Shown here in pieces: positions 1 to 8,207 of a stretch of DNA of 64,000 nucleotides. The notes beneath the pieces were generated by a model. That model had not been told where the DNA came from. It ran no database searches and was given only the letters and a program-made list of their open reading frames with translations. The stretch comes from an uncultured delta proteobacterium (GTDB lineage Bacteria; Bdellovibrionota; FAC87; UBA2466): the NCBI GenBank assembly GCA_963778115.1, contig CAVZSV010000004.1:288001-352000 (forward strand), written 5' to 3'. A program made the translations under genes and the position numbers. Within the stretch, counting starts at the first letter, position 1; each line of letters opens with the position of its first letter.

Positions 1-2
1 AC

Positions 3-1178
3 TGGCGCTATGGAAGGCTAGATCCCAATAATAACGTCTGCTACGGAGAGGGCGGAGCCGGCCTTTATTCCGACGGAAAACTGATCACCCGAATCAAGTC
101 GCCCTACATTCCGTATGTGCTAAATCGACTAGTCAAATTTGGAGCCCCCGAAGAGATCGAATATTTGGCCAATCCCCATGTGGGCTCCGACAAGATCCGA
201 AAGGTAATCCCCCCACTTCGAGAATATCTAAAAGCACAGGGCTGCCGAGTTCGTTTTGATACTAAAGTGAAAGCGCTTCTTTATGAAAACCAGCGCGTCA
301 CGGGAGTGAAACTTGTCGAGGGAACCGAAATCCGAGGCAGTAGTGTTGTGCTAGCCACCGGCCATTCGGCCACAGACATTTTGGAACACCTAAACGAAAA
401 TGGAGTTGCCCTTGAAGGCAAATCATTTGCGGTAGGTCTTCGCATCGAACACCCTCAGAACGAAATCGATCGCATTCAGTTCCGATCCTATGCGGGAAAC
501 CCGGAACTGGGAGCCGCTAACTACCGTTTGACCGATCACGACGATCGTACAGGAATCGGAGTCTATAGTTTTTGCATGTGTCCCGGAGGCTATGTCATCG
601 GCAGTAGTACCGAATCAGATGCCGTTGTTGCCAATGGAATGAGTAACTACGCTCGTAACTCGCCTTTCGCTAACGCGGCTATCGTTATCTCCATCGATCA
701 CCATCAACATTTTGGAAATGATATCTTCGGAGGATTAAAATTCCGTCGTGAATTAGAACTAGCGGCAAGAGCCCAGGTAACTACCGCCGGCGGCAGCAAA
801 GAATTTCCCGTTCAGCCCGTTATGGATTTTATCGCTAGAAAGTCCGGCCCCGCCCTTCCCTCTTCAAGTCCATCTGGTGTGGTAGCCACCCGGTTAGACA
901 AGCTTTTGCCACATCCCATTTACGAAAGATTAGTCAAAAGTTTGGAGCGATTTCAAGGAAAGATGCCGGGATTTTTGTCCCCACACGCCCAGTTTCACGG
1001 AATTGAATCCAGGACCTCTTGCCCCGTCCGAGTCGTGCGCGACAAAGAAACGTTACAATCCACAAGCCACTGCGGCCTGTACCCGACCGGGGAAGGGGCG
1101 GGCTATGCGGGTGGTATTACCAGTGCTGCGGTCGATGGGGTTAGGATTGCCGAGGCTATTGTCGCAAGTCTCTGCTAG
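3..1178 (+). CDS. FAD-dependent oxidoreductase (COG2509-type), 5'-truncated by window edge
   Basis: Frame is open from position 3 (WRYGRLDPNNNVCYGEGGAGLYSDGKL). Family motifs VVLATGHSA, GLRIEHPQ, YSFCMCPGG, NGMS, ESRTSCPVR and GEGAGYAGGITSAAVDG are present. Confidence 0.9.
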   Translation, partial: WRYGRLDPNNNVCYGEGGAGLYSDGKLITRIKSPYIPYVLNRLVKFGAPEEIEYLANPHVGSDKIRKVIPPLREYLKAQGCRVRFDTKVKALLYENQRVTGVKLVEGTEIRGSSVVLATGHSATDILEHLNENGVALEGKSFAVGLRIEHPQNEIDRIQFRSYAGNPELGAANYRLTDHDDRTGIGVYSFCMCPGGYVIGSSTESDAVVANGMSNYARNSPFANAAIVISIDHHQHFGNDIFGGLKFRRELELAARAQVTTAGGSKEFPVQPVMDFIARKSGPALPSSSPSGVVATRLDKLLPHPIYERLVKSLERFQGKMPGFLSPHAQFHGIESRTSCPVRVVRDKETLQSTSHCGLYPTGEGAGYAGGITSAAVDGVRIAEAIVASLC

Positions 1179-3486
1179 CATTCGCCACAATACTGGGTCC
1201 ACAAGCGAGTCGAAAACGAGCCAAGGAGGTCGGCATCATCGACCACGAATGGACTCTACTTCCCCTGGCGTCTAGTTGTTCCACTATGATTTTTCGATCA
1301 TAGGGTTGCGAGTGGCCCTCGACAGAAATTCTAATGCGAACTTCCCGACGCGGAAGTCTTTGATCTTGAGCCGCCGAAATAGCCCCTTCGGTAAAATCAA
1401 TCGCAAGGCCTCGTAGGGCTCGCGGACCCAATTGCTCGTAGGTGGAAAATGCGGAAAGCAGTTCCGTGAGCGAGGGATCGATATCGAGTTGAATCTGATT
1501 CGACTTTCGAATCCGCTCGGCAATTCTATTAAACCAGTTCGCCATCATGCCTGGATACTCGGAACGGGGCGCCGGCCCCAACAGATAGACCCCGCCTGAA
1601 TTTTTTGCACGATCTAAAAGCGCTATCGGAATGGCACCAATGGTCTTGTTCTTCTTTCCGGTAGTAAATGCATCATCGATCTGTCTTTGGGTCATGCTGC
1701 CCATCATCGCATCAATTTCAAGCTCTGACTTATTCTCGAAGAGATCCTCGCCAAACTGCCCCATGATAAACATGGGAAAACGAAGAGGGCGCTCTCTGGA
1801 ATCGAGCCCTTTGGGACGAATGGCTCCCTGTTCCACCAAGACTTTAAGCTTATCGAACTCTTCGGAGGGGGTGTCGTAAGCTTCATTAAATCCGATAACC
1901 CCGTGACCGTATCCCTCATCAAGAGCACGGACCAAAAGCCCCTGCTCTTCGTCGGAATGGTTTCCCAAAGGGGGGCCCGTAATTAGGGAGTCCAGACCAA
2001 ATCCTCGCTCGCCAGCGATACTAAAGTTAAATTTTTTGCCATCATGACCAAATAGCGCCCAATTAAGAGCAGCAAGCAAAGTGTCTTTGCCGCTTCCCGT
2101 GGGACCACCAATGATGAAGACGGGGACCTCTTCGGACATTCCAAGCCGAGCCCAAGTCTTTATACGGTTACAAATTTTCGAGACCACTTCATTATTGTCC
2201 TTGAAACGTTCTCTGACCCGCTCTTCGAGATTATAAAAAGGAGGCTCCCCGTTGGGGCCGTCAAACCACACGTCGGTCAACCCCGCTCGGCGCATCAGAA
2301 ACTCTTGGGCATCCAGCAAGGAGATATAGTCGGCGTCCTCACCTGGATGGCGCCTTTTCCAAATGAAAAGCGCGTTGGTGGATTGGAGCACACTCGCTGA
2401 CATGGCTAGCGGTGGGGAAGTCAAAAATTTTCGGTTGTGAATAATAAAGCGAATCGCGTCGTCTGAAATGATCCTTCGGTATCGGTTCTCCCACTCCTCG
2501 CTCGCTTTGCCTCGGACAATGGCAAAAGCCTCGTCTTCGCTAGGTTCGGGCTGAATAATTTTAGTATTTCTACGTTCGACGGCGGAATCCCCTCGAACGA
2601 GCCTACGGTATTCGTCGGGTGTCGTTAGCGAAAGACTCGAAAATCCAGGATCGGCACCTCGCATGGAAATACGACCCGGATCTTTAAAACCGGATTCGTC
2701 TTGAATGGTCTTTAAAGTCTCCATGACGAGCCTGGGCATATTGCCGAACTCTTCGAACACGAACAGCGTTCGCCTTCCCGTCCGGCCCTTATTTTCGTCC
2801 GTCCGTTTATATTCCTTCTTGGCGTGATCGAAAAGATCGGTAAGAACCGCCTTCATGCGAAGTTCTTGTCCAGCCCACGGCTGCCCCTTAGATTCGGGAG
2901 GATGACTCAAAAGCTGTTCGTTAATCAGAAAAACGTCGGTCTTTCCGAAGAAGGCCGCCGGGATGCTATCGGGGTCCAATAACTCGTCATCTGACACGTG
3001 TAATGCCTCTTGGAGGTACTCCGGCATCAGTCCCAAGGAATACAGGGCTGTAATCTGATCCAAGAGAAAGGTCTTCCCGACTCCGGCCTGTCCCAGAACA
3101 ATCCCGTTGTTGTATTCAGTCGTTTGGAAGGCATCAAAGATATAGACCAAAGTTTGGACGGACTGCCTGGAAAAGACGTCAAAAAAAAGCGCGTCCACCC
3201 TCTCTGGCTTTGAAAAATCGACATTAGCCCTCTGAAGTCTTCGATAGAGTCGAAGGGTGAGATTAAAGGCCGCCGGATCGGGAATCTTTAATTGCTGGCT
3301 CAAATAACGATTTACTTCATTATTCTCACAAGAGGCCAACCCCTCGGCGATCGAAAGTTCCCGCGCTTGTACTATTTTGTTTTGTTGGGACGGCGACTTT
3401 GCGAATGCTTCGGCAAGCGGAAACAGAAATGGGATACACAACACAACCCTTAAGAAGACGAAACGCAACCCACGTTCGGCCATCAA
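1156..3486 (-). CDS. ClpA/ClpB-like double AAA+ ATPase with N-terminal signal peptide
   Basis: Walker A motifs GQAGVGKT and GPTGSGKD. Clp-like segments DSAVERR, EPSEDEAFAIVRG, ISDDAI, LITGPPLG and GPRALR. N-terminus is basic then hydrophobic and ends AEAFA. Confidence 0.75.
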   Translation of the reverse strand: MMAERGLRFVFLRVVLCIPFLFPLAEAFAKSPSQQNKIVQARELSIAEGLASCENNEVNRYLSQQLKIPDPAAFNLTLRLYRRLQRANVDFSKPERVDALFFDVFSRQSVQTLVYIFDAFQTTEYNNGIVLGQAGVGKTFLLDQITALYSLGLMPEYLQEALHVSDDELLDPDSIPAAFFGKTDVFLINEQLLSHPPESKGQPWAGQELRMKAVLTDLFDHAKKEYKRTDENKGRTGRRTLFVFEEFGNMPRLVMETLKTIQDESGFKDPGRISMRGADPGFSSLSLTTPDEYRRLVRGDSAVERRNTKIIQPEPSEDEAFAIVRGKASEEWENRYRRIISDDAIRFIIHNRKFLTSPPLAMSASVLQSTNALFIWKRRHPGEDADYISLLDAQEFLMRRAGLTDVWFDGPNGEPPFYNLEERVRERFKDNNEVVSKICNRIKTWARLGMSEEVPVFIIGGPTGSGKDTLLAALNWALFGHDGKKFNFSIAGERGFGLDSLITGPPLGNHSDEEQGLLVRALDEGYGHGVIGFNEAYDTPSEEFDKLKVLVEQGAIRPKGLDSRERPLRFPMFIMGQFGEDLFENKSELEIDAMMGSMTQRQIDDAFTTGKKNKTIGAIPIALLDRAKNSGGVYLLGPAPRSEYPGMMANWFNRIAERIRKSNQIQLDIDPSLTELLSAFSTYEQLGPRALRGLAIDFTEGAISAAQDQRLPRREVRIRISVEGHSQPYDRKIIVEQLDARGSRVHSWSMMPTSLARFRLACGPSIVANASRDLRQ

Positions 3487-3569
3487 CCCCCCAAACCCTA
3501 ATTAATTTCTATGGATCTAGCATGGTAACGCAGAGCATTCTACCGTTTTTTATGCGGAGTATTAACGCG

Positions 3570-3758
3570 TTACGTCATTGAAAAGTAACCGAGGCCTCAC
3601 CTGAAGGGAGGGGGCCATTCCATTGAGGTGATCTTCCCCTCGTAAAGGGGACGGTTAGTTAAGCAACTGACCTTTCTTTCGGCTTTCACCGACCTACGCA
3701 ATCGGCTTACTAATTCACTATTATTTAAAGAAAGGGCTATGAAATCTTGTCTCCACAT
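3570..3758 (-). pseudogene. Decayed 5' fragment of a DUF222-like/HNH endonuclease family gene (not in ORF track)
   Basis: GGAGG RBS then ATG at 3758 gives MWRQDFIALSLNNSELVSRLRRSVKAERKVSC...FR* (53 aa, stop 3597-3599). The same frame continues GLGYFSMT*. L-x-N-x-EL-xx-RL-xxx-V-xx-ERK and LGY-x-SM resemble the N-terminus of this HNH family. The leader shares motifs with the intact HNH gene at 30.5-31.4 kb. Confidence 0.6.
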
Positions 3759-3831
3759 AAAAACCTCCGTGTTGCTCTATTTCTAACACGGGTTTTGGGA
3801 GTGACTTTTTTTGCGATATTTAAGGCGCCAC

Positions 3832-3851
3832 AACATGATTCGAATCATGTT
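3832..3851. repeat. Perfect 20-bp palindrome AACATGATTCGAATCATGTT
   Basis: Read directly; lies in the leader of the pseudogene. Confidence 0.85.
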
Positions 3852-4450
3852 AGGGGCCCAGGTGATTCTTCAAAAGCCATTCTCGTAGCATCGATTGAAA
3901 CGAAAAGGAGAGCGGTTTATTCATTAGCCGACAAGTCACGACTACCACGACCCGATTCTATACCGAATCGCGTCAATCATTATTTTTCCGACGCTTCGTA
4001 TTTTTTTCTCCTCGTCCCGGATTCTTGGGTTCGGGGGTTTACGGTCCCTTTGGCGTTGGGGTGCGTAAGAGTTGTTTATTCAAGAGCGTCCAACAGGGGT
4101 ACCGTCGCGCCCGCTCTATTCGCTCGTGCCTTCCCCACGCGGGCTGCGTTCTTAAATCCCGCGGCAACCAGGGCTCTTACTTTTCCAAAACCTGTCCTAT
4201 AAGTTCTTGCTGTCTTTTGTCCGGGGCCGTTACGAAAACGGGATAGACATTTTTCGGCCCCTAGCTTCACTGACGTTTTTGGGTTTATTTCTTTCCCTCT
4301 GGATTCAAAGGGCTTCTACATGCGTGAAGGTTCTTTATGCTTATCTCTGTGTCCACTTGTTTCAGGAGGTTCACCTCGCAATGCCAGTTAAAACGCTCAC
4401 GCTCATGTCCTAGTTTTACGTTCAAGTTCATGTTCACGACGGGGCTGGGA

Positions 4451-5119
4451 CTACTTACAGGCCCTGAGCGACAAAAGCGCAATATAGCTCTCCGCCGCTT
4501 TGGCTACCTCAAATTCGTTTCCGAATCTCTCGCTAATCATGATCCATTCGATGTGCGGTACTTGCTTCGAAAGCGTCTTATCCAAAACGATTTTTCCTTG
4601 ACGATTGGAGAACCAAATATATTCCACTGAAGTGACCTTGGAATAGATGACGGGGTAGACAATCATGTCGTATTTGCCAGGCCCCTTCGGAAGTCTCAAA
4701 AGAAAATTCTTACTGTAGGGAACTACCCGGTAACAAAAATCATCTAGCGGGATCTCTGTCTTAGTGATTTCGCCCGGAGGAAACAAACCTCCTAGCCCCG
4801 GTCCATTTCCGTCTCCTTCGGGAAGCCTTTCTCGTCTATCACGCTCGGCACCGTCTGGATGGCGGCCGCCAAATCTTCTGGGGAAGACTAGATCCAATAA
4901 TTTCTCGGAATCAATACCGGCCGTTAGTGCCGCTTTCTTGATGTCCCCTAGCGCTTTGGCTTTTTCCTCAATTCCCAAAGCGTCTATTTCTAGCTTTCCC
5001 ATTTCAATTCCTGGGATCGCTTCTCCGATATCTTTCATCACATCACTAATCGGATCTTCATCCGCGAAAACCGGAAAACAAATTACCATTAGCCCTAGCA
5101 TCGTTATTAACGTTTTCAT
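4451..5119 (-). CDS. Secreted hypothetical protein, probably frameshifted (continuation to 4285)
   Basis: Signal peptide MKTLITMLGLMVICFPVFA at 5119, directly after the upstream gene. Removing one base at about 4492 joins it to the 4285..4482 frame. Confidence 0.65.
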   Translation of the reverse strand: MKTLITMLGLMVICFPVFADEDPISDVMKDIGEAIPGIEMGKLEIDALGIEEKAKALGDIKKAALTAGIDSEKLLDLVFPRRFGGRHPDGAERDRRERLPEGDGNGPGLGGLFPPGEITKTEIPLDDFCYRVVPYSKNFLLRLPKGPGKYDMIVYPVIYSKVTSVEYIWFSNRQGKIVLDKTLSKQVPHIEWIMISERFGNEFEVAKAAESYIALLSLRACK

Positions 5120-5130
5120 TCTCGTACCTC

Positions 5131-6750
5131 TCATCCCTTCGTATCGTGAACACAAATGACTTCGCCTCGAGGCGAAAGGGATTTCGCGGCATAGGCCCCC
5201 GTCCCGTCCACGGCGTAATCCCTCTCACATTTATTCTCCGCAAAATCACATCTAAAAACGGTGAACCTAATTTGCTGATAACTAGGATTAAACTCAATAA
5301 TCGGATAATCATCCTTGTAGGGAGGAGCCACCCAAAACTTACCGCGCGCTGCCTCTAGGAGTCCATCTCGTCCTAGAGCGTAGCCAAAAAATTGCGCTCG
5401 GGCGATACGTCTTCCCTCGGTGTAGGAGGGAATTCGCCAGCCAGTAAGCCCATTCCAATTCAAAGCCGCACAGTAGCCAACGGCTTCATCATAAAAAATG
5501 CCCCGCTCATCCCCACGTTGGAGGTAAACGGTTTGAGGGGCCGACACGATGACTGGCCCGACCTGATTAGATTTAAACGCACACTGCACCCCCGGCCTGT
5601 CGCAGGGAACCCGCTCTCGAGTTCCCCATTTGGTACTCCAGTCTTTCCACAAGAGTTCGCCTTCGCTTCTCAAGCAGCGAAACGAGGACTTCATCTGCAA
5701 AGAAAGGTTTCTACTATCGTCCGTCGCTACATTAACCACACGATGCTTATCCAGCTCTTCGCTTCCAGGAACCACGACCTGCGGAAATCCGGTCGTCCAT
5801 AGAAAGACATTACTAGATCCAAAGTAGGGGAATGCCTCGGAAATCGCATTCAAGCGTCGCTCTAGAAACAGAGTTTCTCTAAGTCCGGGCATTCTCCAGT
5901 CGTCGTAACCGCCCCAATTTAACTCTGAGCAGTACTCACTACTCTCACTAAAGTTTTTTTGCACCATTCTCTCTGGAGTTGAGGGTTCCATCCCTGGAGT
6001 CAGGCCGGTAATGGAAATCCCCGTATTCTCCTCTTTAAAGGTGCATTGATCGGCTGGATCCAAACAGAAAGAGGCATTGGAACCGTCTTCGTTTAGACTT
6101 ACATTATGCATTCCCGCGACATCTCTCGGAGGCGCTACATGCTTGCCTACGACTTCGTAAGTTAATTCTTGGTAAACCTCTCCGCGAGTTAAGAAGTGCA
6201 TTTTGGGAGCTCCATCATCACCACTCTCTTTTTCCACAGTAGTTTGGCCCAGCTCGGCCGTCATCTCATTGGACTTCCCTTCTTGGAGTTCCAAGACTGC
6301 CGAGTGCACCGCGTGCTCTGCTGCCGCAAAGGCAGGCAGTGTCTTTTCCAAGAAAGACTTCATCTGCCGGGTGCCTTGTTGATAACTAGAAATCACTTTC
6401 GCTGTGGTATCCGCGTTCATACCGGCAAATAGAGATTTGGGTATTTTGAATTCCATCCCGGCCACCTCAAAACTCGTCATCGCACCAGGTTCCGCATTGT
6501 CTAGAATAGCATCGACAATTAACGCATTATTCATTTGAAGTATCCCAGTACTTCGCAATCCACTCTTGAGGGCTAACTGTGATGGTTCATCTAACTTGTT
6601 CCAAACCGCTTCCGGAAAATCCACGTAAATTTCATTCCCACAGTCTAAGCGAAACCTTTTCCATTCTTTCGCTTCAAGTACCGAGAAAGAAAAGAAACAC
6701 AGAACCCACATACTCAATAGCTTCATCATATGAATCACCCTGTACTTCAT
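5131..6750 (-). CDS. Secreted protein with tandem DUF1566 (Lcl-like, C-type lectin fold) domains
   Basis: Signal peptide. Two repeats carrying YC..LNWGGYDDWRMP and YCAALNWNGLTGWRIPS, with domain-terminal FRCLR / VICVH. Confidence 0.8.
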   Translation of the reverse strand: MKYRVIHMMKLLSMWVLCFFSFSVLEAKEWKRFRLDCGNEIYVDFPEAVWNKLDEPSQLALKSGLRSTGILQMNNALIVDAILDNAEPGAMTSFEVAGMEFKIPKSLFAGMNADTTAKVISSYQQGTRQMKSFLEKTLPAFAAAEHAVHSAVLELQEGKSNEMTAELGQTTVEKESGDDGAPKMHFLTRGEVYQELTYEVVGKHVAPPRDVAGMHNVSLNEDGSNASFCLDPADQCTFKEENTGISITGLTPGMEPSTPERMVQKNFSESSEYCSELNWGGYDDWRMPGLRETLFLERRLNAISEAFPYFGSSNVFLWTTGFPQVVVPGSEELDKHRVVNVATDDSRNLSLQMKSSFRCLRSEGELLWKDWSTKWGTRERVPCDRPGVQCAFKSNQVGPVIVSAPQTVYLQRGDERGIFYDEAVGYCAALNWNGLTGWRIPSYTEGRRIARAQFFGYALGRDGLLEAARGKFWVAPPYKDDYPIIEFNPSYQQIRFTVFRCDFAENKCERDYAVDGTGAYAAKSLSPRGEVICVHDTKG

Positions 6751-8207
6751 TTATATTTCTTCACACAGACAATGCCTGCCCGAGGTAAGGCAGGATGGTG
6801 TTGATAGGGACCCCTATAGGTAACATCCGTCTCCACCAATCTTCTGCATCTTTTACGCTCGAAGTCGCAGACATATCCTTTGAAACTAACGAAACGAGAG
6901 GTGTCGTATTGATTTAAGGGCAGCGGCTCGTCGTCTACCCTAGGAGGCGAGACCCAAAATTCGCCGGTCGGCTGTAGAGGGATTCCGTCCCGGGAAAGGG
7001 AAAAGCTATAATAAAGCGACGTTCCCGCTAGATATGCTTCTTCATAAGTGGCAAGCCGCCAGCCGGTGTCTCCCGCCAAATCCAATTTCTCGCAATAATT
7101 CTTGGCCTCCTCGTACTCGACCCCTCTTCCATCCCGCTCCCAATCCATCGTTCGGGGACTCGTGTAGGACAACTCAGTCGATCTCAATCGGAAAATGCAG
7201 TAGTTGCCGGGCGTAGTACAGGCTACCCGTTTTTTTCCATCGGAAGACAAAGAGATATCGTCCCACAGCTTCGAAGCATCATTGCGGACACAACGAAAAG
7301 TGGCTTTGGAGGTTTTGGGAAGTTGCTGCGAACGACCCGTCTCCACGTGAATCGTCCAGGACTTGGTAGGAGCATACACTGCTGCGATTCTTCCAAATGC
7401 ATTGGGAAATCCTGAAGTCCAAAAGAAAGCATTGTTTCCTCCAAAATAAGGAAACTTCTCGAATATCAATTGCTCTCTATCCGCCAGGTAGACCGATTCA
7501 TTATAGGAAGCAAGGCGCCAACCGTGATAGCCCGCCCAAGTGTGCTCGGCGCAATATTTCTGGGCATCCTCAAAAGTATCCAGGACCAGTCGGCCGGGGC
7601 GAGAAGGTTCGCGTCCCATGGCGAGGGCACTTACCGAGATTCCAGTAGCCGAATCCCGAAAAGCGCACTGATCGTCGGGTTGATTACAGAAGGCAGCCGC
7701 CGACCCATCGGCATTGAGACTAGCGTTTTCGATTAGACCCCAGGCTCGTCGAATTTCGTCCTCAATATTACGGATTCGCTTTCCTAAGTCCCTTAAGAAA
7801 TTTCCATCCTCCTCTCGTAATCTTCGCAGTCGATCCGCATCGGATTTGAGCATTTCGGTGATTAGGCCCACGGTAGAGTTACTTCTGGAAACCGCTAAAA
7901 ATGTAGGAAACGTGTAATTGCCATTCCACCACTGGTTGCCGTTAGCGACGCTATCTGTTTTATCAAGATCGACTTCATGCAAGAAAAACTGATCCACAAC
8001 AACCTGCGCTCTAATCCCGAGTTTAGAAAGATTCCTCAAGGCCGATTGCATCCGTCGTTGATCTTCTGGCGATAAACGCTGCCAAATCACACTCGGAAAA
8101 TTTATCTCCACCCCTTCGCCACATTGAAGGTAGATGTTAGTAAGAGCGGGGGCTGGCGAAGCAGAAAGAAAAGCCATTACCGCGACTAATAACAAGCAAT
8201 ACTTCAT
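6747..8207 (-). CDS. Secreted protein with tandem DUF1566 domains (paralog)
   Basis: Signal peptide. YCAEHTWAGYHGWRLAS and YCEKLDLAGDTGWRLAT; FRCVR / IVCVK. ATGA overlap with its neighbours. Confidence 0.8.
   Translation of the reverse strand: MKYCLLLVAVMAFLSASPAPALTNIYLQCGEGVEINFPSVIWQRLSPEDQRRMQSALRNLSKLGIRAQVVVDQFFLHEVDLDKTDSVANGNQWWNGNYTFPTFLAVSRSNSTVGLITEMLKSDADRLRRLREEDGNFLRDLGKRIRNIEDEIRRAWGLIENASLNADGSAAAFCNQPDDQCAFRDSATGISVSALAMGREPSRPGRLVLDTFEDAQKYCAEHTWAGYHGWRLASYNESVYLADREQLIFEKFPYFGGNNAFFWTSGFPNAFGRIAAVYAPTKSWTIHVETGRSQQLPKTSKATFRCVRNDASKLWDDISLSSDGKKRVACTTPGNYCIFRLRSTELSYTSPRTMDWERDGRGVEYEEAKNYCEKLDLAGDTGWRLATYEEAYLAGTSLYYSFSLSRDGIPLQPTGEFWVSPPRVDDEPLPLNQYDTSRFVSFKGYVCDFERKRCRRLVETDVTYRGPYQHHPALPRAGIVCVKKYK

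Noticed and set aside
3590..3720. Cluster of hairpins, including a GAAA tetraloop, as a riboswitch or ncRNA
   Set aside because: It matches no riboswitch consensus I recognise, and the stretch is better explained as the HNH pseudogene reading frame.
3747..4413. ORFs 3747..4202(+), 4025..4246(+), 4076..4270(-) and 4207..4413(+)
   Set aside because: They have no convincing RBS or protein-like features and overlap the conserved non-coding leader.
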